IMG/VR virus record: IMGVR_UViG_3300012346_000182
Coordinates: 1 to 29,496 of that record
Source: a virus
Direction: 5' to 3' (one strand)
Length of the DNA: 29,496 nucleotides
The position numbers and the translations under genes were made by a program. The notes under the pieces were generated by a model. That model saw only the letters and a list, made by a program, of their open reading frames with translations. It was not told the DNA's origin and made no database searches. Of the stretch, positions 1 to 8,257 are shown one piece after another. The number at the start of each line of letters is the position of its first letter. The first letter of the stretch is position 1.

Positions 1-55
1 AAATGGAACGTGAGCAGATTATAGATGCTCATATTACAGGTTATATTATTGGGGG
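1..55. repeat. Terminal direct repeat, copy 1 (identical to 29442..29496)
   Basis: 55/55 nt identity between the two window ends. The length is typical of an assembler k-mer overlap on a circular contig. Confidence 0.95.
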
Positions 56-122
56 CGGTGAAGGTGATTTATATCAGCCTGAAAACTATTACAACGAAAC
101 ATACGGAGGTAAAGATGAGTAA
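1..122 (+). CDS. 3' part of a junction-spanning hypothetical ORF (74 aa in circular form; same ORF as 29339..29496)
   Basis: Frame 3 is open from the window start to TAA 120-122. Peptide ends ...MEREQIIDAHITGYIIGGGEGDLYQPENYYNETYGGKDE. The stop overlaps the next start (ATGAGTAA). Confidence 0.55.
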   Translation, partial: MEREQIIDAHITGYIIGGGEGDLYQPENYYNETYGGKDE

Positions 123-696
123 AGTAAAGTTAACCCTTGACTATTCAACGATAACGGTTAACCAATACGTTGACTTTATTACCAACGAAGGTAATGAGAT
201 AGGGCAGGTGTCCGCAATAATGGGACAACCGAAGGACTACGTTAGGCAACTTTCACCCGAGGATATAACAAAGGTAATTGAGGCTTTTAAATCGGTTATT
301 GAGAATCCTGTAGCTGAACACAAATACAAGTGGAACAAGTACGGTTTTGTTCCGGACATCAACAAGATTTCTTTCGGCGAATGGTTAGACCTTGAAAGTA
401 ATTGCAAGGACTTCCCAAAGAACCTGAATAAGATACTCGCGATACTTTACCGACCTATCCACTCCGAGATTGGTTCAAAGTACAAAATTGAGCCATACAC
501 CGCAGAACATTTAGCCAATGCGAAGGTGTTTGATGATATGCCTTTATCAATCGCAAATGGTGCGTTGGTTTTTTTTTCGAATATCGAAAACGAATTGTTG
601 ACTCGTTCCCTCGCGTATTTAGATACAACGATGATGATGGAGATGGAGAAGGCGATAGCGATGATGAAGGAAGCGGTGGGGCAACAAACGACTTAA
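115..696 (+). CDS. Tail assembly chaperone-like protein (G-type product, 193 aa)
   Basis: ATG 115 is preceded by GGAGG. The 25..114 part of the track ORF overlaps the preceding ORF in another frame. A T9 slippery tract and an open -1 frame extension downstream match the G/GT arrangement of long-tailed phages. Motifs such as WLDLE and ILAILYRP resemble chaperone families (recognised by eye only). Confidence 0.6.
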   Translation: MSKVKLTLDYSTITVNQYVDFITNEGNEIGQVSAIMGQPKDYVRQLSPEDITKVIEAFKSVIENPVAEHKYKWNKYGFVPDINKISFGEWLDLESNCKDFPKNLNKILAILYRPIHSEIGSKYKIEPYTAEHLANAKVFDDMPLSIANGALVFFSNIENELLTRSLAYLDTTMMMEMEKAIAMMKEAVGQQTT

Positions 697-854
697 GTGA
701 ACGTTACGGATGGTTTCACGTAATTGAGGAACTTGCGGATCGTGATGTTACCAAGTTTGATACTATCACCGAAACCCAGGCTTCAACTATCTTCGCGCAT
801 CTATCGTATCGGATAGATTATTTTTCTTTTCAAAAGCAACTCCTAAAAAAGTAA
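115..854 (+). CDS. Predicted -1 frameshift fusion (GT-type product, about 246 aa)
   Basis: The -1 frame is open from before 540 to TAA 852-854. A slip at T_TTT_TTT (570-576) joins 154 N-terminal codons to a 92-codon extension ...ERYGWFHVIEELADRDVTKFDTITETQASTIFAHLSYRIDYFSFQKQLLKK. Without it, 697-866 is not covered by any ORF. Confidence 0.45.
569..577 (+). other. T9 slippery tract (recoding signal)
   Basis: Zero-frame codons are GTT TTT TTT TCG, which gives the heptamer U_UUU_UUU at 570-576. It is the only X_XXY_YYZ site between here and the stop at 696. Confidence 0.5.
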
Positions 855-875
855 TTAAATGCGTCTTTGATATAT

Positions 876-1349
876 ATGGCAACAGCATCTTCACTCTATA
901 CCTATAACGTGGTCGTTAGCAAGTTTCAGCAATTTGCAGAACAACACGCGTTAATTAGAAGGTTCACACACGGACAAATCGCACAGGCTGACCTTGAAAA
1001 AGAGACCGAGTATCCTTGGATGCACGTAACCCCAACTGGCATTAGTTTCGATAAAGGACAACTTTCGTACACGTTTGATGTTTTCTTTGCTGACCTTCCA
1101 CGTGACAAGGACGAAAAAACCGAGTACCAAAAACAAGCGATAAGCGATTGCATCTTGTTGGCTTCCGACTTTGTTAATATGCTTGAGTTAGGTCACATAT
1201 TCGATGAATCGGTAGTGTTGACTACACCAATAAGTGGTTCACCTTTCGTTGAGGAATTTAGCCACGTTTTGACGGGTGTTCAGTTATCCATTGAATTGGC
1301 GGTTGACTATTTGTGGGATGCTTGTGATATTCCTTATATCGGAGATTAA
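876..1349 (+). CDS. Hypothetical virion-module protein (157 aa)
   Basis: The ATG at 876 lies inside the track ORF, which starts at a TTG at 867. The stop abuts the next start (TAATG). Confidence 0.65.
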   Translation: MATASSLYTYNVVVSKFQQFAEQHALIRRFTHGQIAQADLEKETEYPWMHVTPTGISFDKGQLSYTFDVFFADLPRDKDEKTEYQKQAISDCILLASDFVNMLELGHIFDESVVLTTPISGSPFVEEFSHVLTGVQLSIELAVDYLWDACDIPYIGD

Positions 1350-2464
1350 TGGCTAAAAAAGTACAATATACAACCAATACACCAAGTTCATCAACTGATT
1401 ACTTGGCGGCTGACAATACTTGGAAACCGATGACAGGTGGCGGTGGTGGTGTTCCCACTACGCGAACTTTGACTATAAACGGAACCGCTCAAGACCTTTC
1501 AGCAGATAGAACGTGGAATGTTGGAGATATGCTTATATCGGTTTACGATACGGATGTTGATGGTGTTGTAGATAGCGCGGAAAGAATCCAAATCGTAGTT
1601 CGAAATTCCACAGGTTCAACACTTACAAAAGGGCAAATAGTTTATTTAAGCGGTGCTACTGGTAACCGACCAAATGCATTGTTAGCCAAAGCAGATGCAG
1701 AGGCTACATCATCCAAAACTATAGGAATGGTTATCGCAGACATTCCAAATAATAGTGATGGATCGATATCGGTTAACGGAACACTTCACGATTTAAATAC
1801 AAGCGCATTTACTGCGGGGGATATGTTGTGGTTAAGTGCAACAACTGCTGGTGGAATGGTAGCAAATACACCACCTGCAGAACCTAATCACGCGGTATTC
1901 ATTGGATTCGTGGCAAGGTCACATCCAACTCAAGGTCGTGTTGTGTTGGCTATCCAAAACGGATATGAATTAGATGAACTACACGGTGTGCAAATTACAA
2001 CTCCTTCCAATGGTCAAGTGTTGACTTATAATTCAACAAGTTCACTTTGGGAAAATAGCACTCCATCAACTCTAGTATCGCGTTCTTTTTTAGGTGTGAA
2101 CCAAAACGGAACTATCGCATTAAGCGGCACAACTTATGGTTCGTTTATTTATAGTGGATTTAATGCATCAGAAAGTGCGCGTATTTTTGTCGTGCCTTAC
2201 GCGTGTACAATGAAAAACTTTTACGTGCGTATTTTCTCGGCTCAAAGTGCAACTGGTAGTTTGGTTTTCACGGTGCGAAATAATGCAACAGATACATCAG
2301 TAGTTACAACCATTGCCGCAGGTAGTGCCGCAGGTACGGAAGCGAATAGCGGTGCAAATTCGGCATCATTTGTAGCAGGTGATAACTGCGCTATTAAGGT
2401 GGTAAATAATGCAACGGTGTTAAGTGCAACGGTCAATAACACTTCAATAATGGTTGAGATATGA
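1349..2464 (+). CDS. Tail fiber-like protein (371 aa)
   Basis: N-terminal region has a GGGGG run and TRTLTINGTAQDLSADRTWNV, a motif common at the start of phage fiber shafts. The C-terminal half is Ser/Thr/Asn/Gly-rich. It lies in the tail module. Confidence 0.5.
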   Translation: MAKKVQYTTNTPSSSTDYLAADNTWKPMTGGGGGVPTTRTLTINGTAQDLSADRTWNVGDMLISVYDTDVDGVVDSAERIQIVVRNSTGSTLTKGQIVYLSGATGNRPNALLAKADAEATSSKTIGMVIADIPNNSDGSISVNGTLHDLNTSAFTAGDMLWLSATTAGGMVANTPPAEPNHAVFIGFVARSHPTQGRVVLAIQNGYELDELHGVQITTPSNGQVLTYNSTSSLWENSTPSTLVSRSFLGVNQNGTIALSGTTYGSFIYSGFNASESARIFVVPYACTMKNFYVRIFSAQSATGSLVFTVRNNATDTSVVTTIAAGSAAGTEANSGANSASFVAGDNCAIKVVNNATVLSATVNNTSIMVEI

Positions 2465-2655
2465 GGTATCAAATAATTGAAAAGGATGATTTAACTATTA
2501 TCCACGTAATTGAACAAAATATCTTTTTTGGATACGATGATTCGGAGGATTACTTGGTATTTCGCGAAGCATTAGAAGTTAAAGGAATAGATGCCTTTGT
2601 TGACTTGTTAATAGAGGATAGTAACACCGCTTATACAAACTTCATAAATGGCTAA
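2461..2655 (+). CDS. Hypothetical protein (64 aa)
   Basis: Overlaps the upstream stop by 4 nt (ATGA) and the next gene by 8 nt. Acidic. Confidence 0.5.
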   Translation: MRYQIIEKDDLTIIHVIEQNIFFGYDDSEDYLVFREALEVKGIDAFVDLLIEDSNTAYTNFING

Positions 2656-3253
2656 TAGTTCTTTAAATGATTTAATCAACCAATTCGGTGCTGATGTTGT
2701 CGAAAAGGCAATGCAGAACCTTGGCGCGTATCGCACGGTTAAAGGAAAGAAAAGAAGAGCTGTTGCGAGTGATACGTTAAGAAGGTCACTTGCATATTAT
2801 TACAACGCGAAGAAAGGTAAGTTGGAATTCTTCGCTAAAGGTAAAGCGAGTCAATATGCCGACTTTGTAGAACAAGGTGTTAATGGTACGCGTGGGAATG
2901 TAGGTTCGCCTTATTCGTTTAAGAGTGGTGGAAGCGGTGGACAGAAGGTGGATGGAATGGGTGTAATGCAAAAAGCTATTTACGATTGGATGTCAATTAA
3001 AGGCATTCGTCCACGTAATAAGAACGGAAGTTTCGCCACATTCAAAACTCCAGAAGCCAAAGAGAATGCAAAGAAGTCAATGGCTTTCAATATTATGCGT
3101 TCAATCCGTAGGCGTGGAATACAACCATTGTTTTATTGGCGCGATGCTATCAATGATTTAGTGGATGTTTACGAACCACAATTTGCAGAGGCACTTGGTA
3201 AAGAAATTAAAATTGTAATTGAAGATAACCTTCAAAAGAAAATAAAAGTATGA
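2648..3253 (+). CDS. HK97 gp10-like neck/tail component (weak)
   Basis: SDTLRRSL...YADFVEQGVNGT resembles the tG.L..si / YA..vE.G signature of the HK97 gp10 family. Translationally coupled on both sides. Confidence 0.4.
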   Translation: MANSSLNDLINQFGADVVEKAMQNLGAYRTVKGKKRRAVASDTLRRSLAYYYNAKKGKLEFFAKGKASQYADFVEQGVNGTRGNVGSPYSFKSGGSGGQKVDGMGVMQKAIYDWMSIKGIRPRNKNGSFATFKTPEAKENAKKSMAFNIMRSIRRRGIQPLFYWRDAINDLVDVYEPQFAEALGKEIKIVIEDNLQKKIKV

Positions 3254-5097
3254 TAACGACAAAGATTACAGGACTTTCGGCTCAAGGAAACGATGAGTTA
3301 ACAGGTCTTGCATATAGTAATAACGATGTTGCGGTGACAATGTCATCTGATAACGTTGCTGAAGATGGATTTAAGTACATTTTTTTAATTACTGATGGCA
3401 TTACAGGAAACGAATACAAGTTTTACGTTTCACCAAATGCCGCGTTGAATGGGGTGTTTAATTGTAAGACAATATTCAATCAGTTAGTTCCTACACCGAT
3501 GGTGTATAATACAACCGATGTATTAGTTCATATTAGCGCACCATTGAAATCAGATGCGTTAAACGTGAATAATTTTAGAGTTCAATGTTTTGAAGGTTGG
3601 AACATTGCAGGGGTATTTACCGAGGATGAAACGGATGCTGTATCTTATACCATTATGTGTGTTTATGGTAGTGGCAAACAAAACTTTATTGTAATGGGTA
3701 CGAACGACACAAAGCCATTAGCATTATCACAAGCCTATGATAACACACTTGGGTTTAATGATGGGTTAGTATCACAAGCAATTAACTTACCTGCATCACT
3801 TCAAAGTGAGGTAATAAATTGGCAAAAGATTTCACGTTCTAATGTAGCAGGTCAAGAAGATAGCGCGTATAGGATTCTTTCGTGGATTGCAGATGATTCA
3901 TCGTTTTTAAATGAGAATTATCCGTTCTTAACTATTAATAATTTTCTTTTTGAGTTATATGATGAAAGCGGAACTATCATAAGTACGTTTAACATTCCAT
4001 TTGAATTAGGCAGCGCAACGTTGTATCATTTACCAACGGGACTTAAGAACCTTGTTAACGGTGGTTATGTGGATCAATCAACCGCAGACGATACCGCTTA
4101 TTGGACATTGGTAGGTGTTGACATTGATGACAACGAGATAACCGCTAAATATGGCTATTGGATTGAAAGTGATTGTAAGTATAACCCAGTTCATTTGTAT
4201 TGGCTTAATCAAATGGGCGGTTGGGATAGTTATTCTTTCATTAAGAAAAACGAACGTAGTATTGAGGTCGAAAAGAAACGATACAAGCAATATTTAGGTG
4301 ACTACAATAATGCGACAACTGACAATCCATTTAGCACAGAGGCTTTCTCACGTTCACTAACCGAGCGCGAACCTATCGTGAAAACCTTTTTGAACTTAAA
4401 TTCAAATTGGTTAACGGAATCGGAGTTCAAGTATATGAAAGACTTATTTAGGTCTAAATCAGTGTGGATGGTTGACGATAACGTAGATGGTTACTCGGTT
4501 GTTCCTGTTGTTGTAGAAGATAACAACTATCTAATGCGTAGGGAGAGAAACTCACGCAAGTACAACCAAACATTGCGCCTACAAATTGCAAACGATAACG
4601 AAACGTTGAACATTGAGAATACACCTTTCCCGATTCCCGCTCCTGTAGCTTGTAATTATTACAATGTGTTTTCACAAATAACAGGCAGTTCGGGCGGTGT
4701 TATTTCATTAGGTTCTAATCTTGGAAATGCTGCGAATATTGTCTTAACTGCTGCAGGTCGTGACCGATATATTAGTATTAGTGTACAAGATGCTTTAGGT
4801 GCTACACCAATAGCAGGTGAAACGTACTACGTGCGTATAGATTACAACTTTGCTTGTCCTTCAACATTGGTAAGGTTTGGTTCTATTCAATTAGGTGACC
4901 AACTTACAGGTGGCGGAAGTTCAACAAGTTTAATGGGTTTGCAAAATCCTGGAACTCCAATAATTGCAACGGGTGTTTGGGGTACTCATACGACAACTTC
5001 AAACAACTACTTTAGATTGACACTTCCAGGTTGGTCAGGCGGTGCAACGGTAACGGGTAATATTTATGTAACGGTTGGTTTTGGTAATTGTCCTTAA
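3250..5097 (+). CDS. Virion structural protein, tail/baseplate candidate (615 aa)
   Basis: Long ORF coupled to neighbours inside the tail block. No motif I can name. Confidence 0.5.
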   Translation: MITTKITGLSAQGNDELTGLAYSNNDVAVTMSSDNVAEDGFKYIFLITDGITGNEYKFYVSPNAALNGVFNCKTIFNQLVPTPMVYNTTDVLVHISAPLKSDALNVNNFRVQCFEGWNIAGVFTEDETDAVSYTIMCVYGSGKQNFIVMGTNDTKPLALSQAYDNTLGFNDGLVSQAINLPASLQSEVINWQKISRSNVAGQEDSAYRILSWIADDSSFLNENYPFLTINNFLFELYDESGTIISTFNIPFELGSATLYHLPTGLKNLVNGGYVDQSTADDTAYWTLVGVDIDDNEITAKYGYWIESDCKYNPVHLYWLNQMGGWDSYSFIKKNERSIEVEKKRYKQYLGDYNNATTDNPFSTEAFSRSLTEREPIVKTFLNLNSNWLTESEFKYMKDLFRSKSVWMVDDNVDGYSVVPVVVEDNNYLMRRERNSRKYNQTLRLQIANDNETLNIENTPFPIPAPVACNYYNVFSQITGSSGGVISLGSNLGNAANIVLTAAGRDRYISISVQDALGATPIAGETYYVRIDYNFACPSTLVRFGSIQLGDQLTGGGSSTSLMGLQNPGTPIIATGVWGTHTTTSNNYFRLTLPGWSGGATVTGNIYVTVGFGNCP

Positions 5098-5106
5098 TAG
5101 CAACAA

Positions 5107-8088
5107 ATGGAAACAGCACTTATAATTTATAGTCAAGGCGACAATGTACCTACATTAGTTGACCTTTATGAAAACGAGACGATTGCACTACAATTCAACT
5201 TTAGTGATATCAAAGATTTGAAACCGCGTGGATCCTATTCACGTACTTTTCGCATTCCTGCAACGCAAACTAACGGAAAGATATTCGGGTTCATTCAGGA
5301 GAATACTTATCAATTCGCATCATTCAACCCAAAGCGAAAACTGAACGCAATTATCACGGTTGACACAATTCCTATCTTGGAGGGTAACTGCCAATTCAAG
5401 GCTTGTTATACTTCTAACGGTGAGGTGAGCGAGTATGAGATTGTGTTCTTTGGTAACGTGGTTGACTTCTTTAAGAACATTGGCGACAATGATTTCAAAG
5501 GTTATATTTCAACACAACTTCAAACGGACTACAACTACGTTGTTGAATATGACAGTATCGCAACCTTTAATGCTGAAACGGATATTTACTTAAGTCTAAC
5601 CGATAGGGGGCAAAATTGGGTTAACAATGTTGAAGGTGGAAGGTCAATAAATACGTTGAATGTAAATAGAGTTGCAAAGGCTGCGGAACTTACACCATTT
5701 GTATCAGCTCGGTATATCTTCGATAAGATTATTGATTTAAGTGGTTTCCAACTTGGAGATAACTCGGCTACACTAACTGATGAACTTGACTTTATGTATG
5801 TTCCGTGGATAAGTGAATCCGCACAAATACAACAAGTTGGCGGTAATCCTGAAACTGCAAAGTTTTTATTGAATGGATATACAGGTAGTTCAAGTATTAC
5901 AAGTGGTGACTTTGCTGATGAACTTTTTTATAATGCTATCAATTACAAGGTAGCACATTTACCCGCGTTAAATGAAGCGCAAGACCCAGGCGGAAACGTT
6001 ACAGGAAACGTGTATACAGTACCTTTCAATGGTTACTTTCAAATTACTGCATCGATTGAATTAGAGATTATCCCAGCTTCGGTTGGTGACTTTTATGCCA
6101 ACGGTTTAACACTTGGATTTGTAAGAACATTCCCGACAGGTGAAAAAGAATTACTCTTAAATATGGGGTTTGTTTTGGGTTATACTTATGGCTCAAGTGC
6201 GAATCTTGTTCCGTTGGTAAATACACCAATTTCAACCAACACTGGTAATGCTACGCAGTTTTTAAATGAGGGTGACACAATCGAGGTTATATTATGGGGT
6301 GACGATGGAATAGTTACATCGTTAAACAACTTTCAAGGTGACTTCCAAATAAATGAAATTGTATTTCAATGCCAAGAAATTAGTAAGCCATTATACGGAA
6401 ACGTAATTGATTGGTCAGCGAATGCACCAATTATGAAGTGTAGTGAGTTCATTGATTCGCTTTTCAAAATGTATAACTTGGTGGTTGTTCCTAACAAGGT
6501 GAACCAAAAGATTATTGATTTAATACCATTCACCGAGTATATCTCGCAAGGTGTTTCCAAAGATTGGACTACATTACTTGACATTAGTAAGGACATAACA
6601 CTAACCGCAACAACTGATTATCAAGCGCGTAAAAATACGTGGACTTATAAGTCAAGTTCCGACCTATTCAACAACGTTTACAACACGCAAGGTAATCGCG
6701 TTTATGGTAGGTTGGAATTAATTGATCCACAAAACGACTTTGCAACTGAAGAACAAAAGATTGAAGTTCATTTTGGCTCAACTCCTATCGTTCCTGTGAA
6801 TGGTACTACATATGCCATCCCTAAATTCGTAAACGACCAGTATAGTTACACCGCACCTAATCCACGTATCTTGTATAAGACAGGTGAGACGATGAAGTTT
6901 AACGTGTACAATGACACAACAAGCGGTATAAACCAAGTAACCGCTTATATGTTCAGTCATTACTCGGACTTTGTACCAACTATCACTTCACGCGATTTGA
7001 ACTTTGGTCAAGAAACTCCATTGTGTCTTGTTAGTTCAATACCATATAAGACACTTTACGCGCGTTATTGGAATGAATATATCGAAAACATTTACGCACC
7101 TGATGCGCGTGTATTAGAGGCTTTCTTTTCGCTTGAATTTGCGGACATTTATAACTTCAATTTCAACGATAAAATCTTTATCAAAGATTCTTATTGGCGA
7201 ATCCTGTCAATTAGTGATTACGTTGTAGGTACGCAAGACACGGTTAAGGTTACTTTGATTAAGCAAGTGACTGCAACTCCCGATTGTCTTTTAACACCAA
7301 CAGGTATTAGCGAATTTGGAGCGGTTTTATTTGAGGATGTGGATGGAAATCCTGCAGATGCTACTGAAGTTTGTTGCGATGTCTTTAATTACAACTGGAT
7401 TGATGGCGGATGTTATGCATTCTCTCGCGATTCCGATGGAACAGGTAAGCCGAAAAGTTTACAATTAAGTACCGAAAGAATTTTAAGTTATGATTCAAAC
7501 GAGAAAAGCGCACTTGTTGTATCCGATAACAACTTTGTTGGTGTAGGTAATAGCAACTCAATTATAATAGGTAGCAATAACCGCGTTAACGATGGATTCA
7601 ATTCCGTATTTGTTATTGGTTCAAATGCCAATGTAATTAACGGAGGTATGACCATTGGAAGCAATGGAATTTATCAGGGTGAAATGCAAAACGGATTGAT
7701 TCCTGTTTGGGGTAAAGGTGACTTTACCAACGATACTACAGCAATTACTTTGTTGGCTTATGGTACAAATTACATCAATATGCCAGATGACTCGGTTTGG
7801 TTGGTCAAATTGCGTTTGATGGTTGGTCAAGTTGGTGCGGTAATAGATGCATCAGTAAGCGGTGAATACAACTTACACATTGTCCAAAGTGGCGGTGTAT
7901 TATCTCTTAAGAACGTGACCACAATAGACGAAACTGCTATTGACATAGATGGCAACTTTGTCATTGATTTGGATATAGTTGGAAGCACCTTCGCCATTAC
8001 GGTAACACTAGACAACGCAACTGCATATCCGTACGATGTAATCAATATAAGCGGTCAATTAACCTACACACAATACCATTATGAATAA
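5107..8088 (+). CDS. Large tail/baseplate protein with a putative receptor-binding C-terminus (993 aa)
   Basis: Largest ORF in the genome. The N-terminus reads ...LKPRGSYSRTFRIPATQTNGKIFGF. The C-terminal region has short beta-helix-like repeats NSNSIIIGSNNRVNDGFNSVFVIGSNANVINGGMTIGSNG at about nt 7540-7680, reminiscent of YadA-head or tailspike repeats. Confidence 0.55.
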   Translation: METALIIYSQGDNVPTLVDLYENETIALQFNFSDIKDLKPRGSYSRTFRIPATQTNGKIFGFIQENTYQFASFNPKRKLNAIITVDTIPILEGNCQFKACYTSNGEVSEYEIVFFGNVVDFFKNIGDNDFKGYISTQLQTDYNYVVEYDSIATFNAETDIYLSLTDRGQNWVNNVEGGRSINTLNVNRVAKAAELTPFVSARYIFDKIIDLSGFQLGDNSATLTDELDFMYVPWISESAQIQQVGGNPETAKFLLNGYTGSSSITSGDFADELFYNAINYKVAHLPALNEAQDPGGNVTGNVYTVPFNGYFQITASIELEIIPASVGDFYANGLTLGFVRTFPTGEKELLLNMGFVLGYTYGSSANLVPLVNTPISTNTGNATQFLNEGDTIEVILWGDDGIVTSLNNFQGDFQINEIVFQCQEISKPLYGNVIDWSANAPIMKCSEFIDSLFKMYNLVVVPNKVNQKIIDLIPFTEYISQGVSKDWTTLLDISKDITLTATTDYQARKNTWTYKSSSDLFNNVYNTQGNRVYGRLELIDPQNDFATEEQKIEVHFGSTPIVPVNGTTYAIPKFVNDQYSYTAPNPRILYKTGETMKFNVYNDTTSGINQVTAYMFSHYSDFVPTITSRDLNFGQETPLCLVSSIPYKTLYARYWNEYIENIYAPDARVLEAFFSLEFADIYNFNFNDKIFIKDSYWRILSISDYVVGTQDTVKVTLIKQVTATPDCLLTPTGISEFGAVLFEDVDGNPADATEVCCDVFNYNWIDGGCYAFSRDSDGTGKPKSLQLSTERILSYDSNEKSALVVSDNNFVGVGNSNSIIIGSNNRVNDGFNSVFVIGSNANVINGGMTIGSNGIYQGEMQNGLIPVWGKGDFTNDTTAITLLAYGTNYINMPDDSVWLVKLRLMVGQVGAVIDASVSGEYNLHIVQSGGVLSLKNVTTIDETAIDIDGNFVIDLDIVGSTFAITVTLDNATAYPYDVINISGQLTYTQYHYE

Positions 8089-8257
8089 CCCACACGACAC
8101 ATTTAAAAACATCAAAGAGATGTTGAAGCATGGAATAGGTAAAGACCTACCGAGCAAAGAAAATAAGTTGTCAATTTTTACAACTAACCTCATAAATTTC
8201 GTGATTTCTGCGTCTTTAATTATAGGCATTATTTACCTCATTAAATCATTGTTCTAA
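8081..8257 (+). CDS. Small protein with a C-terminal transmembrane segment (58 aa; below the track cutoff)
   Basis: ATG 8081 overlaps the upstream stop by 8 nt. TAA 8255-8257 abuts ATG 8258. Peptide MNNPHDTFKNIKEMLKHGIGKDLPSKENKLSIFTTNLINFVISASLIIGIIYLIKSLF. Confidence 0.4.
   Translation: MNNPHDTFKNIKEMLKHGIGKDLPSKENKLSIFTTNLINFVISASLIIGIIYLIKSLF

Noticed and set aside
25-114. N-terminal 30 codons of track ORF 25..696, and the TTG-start extensions at 867, 15819 and 17769
   Set aside because: 25-114 overlaps the end of the junction-spanning ORF (stop at 122) in another frame, and an ATG with an upstream GGAGG is present at 115. For the others, in-frame ATGs (876, 15831, 17811) give sensible N-termini such as a signal peptide or TM segment.
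2498-2506. DnaA-box-like 9-mers (TTATCCACg at 2498-2506, its complement at 5804-5812, aTATCCACA complement at about 27051-27059) as targets of the DnaA-IV-like protein
   Set aside because: These are 8/9 matches scattered singly inside coding regions. Roughly half a dozen such matches are expected by chance in a genome of this size. There is no cluster, and none in the ORF-free region.
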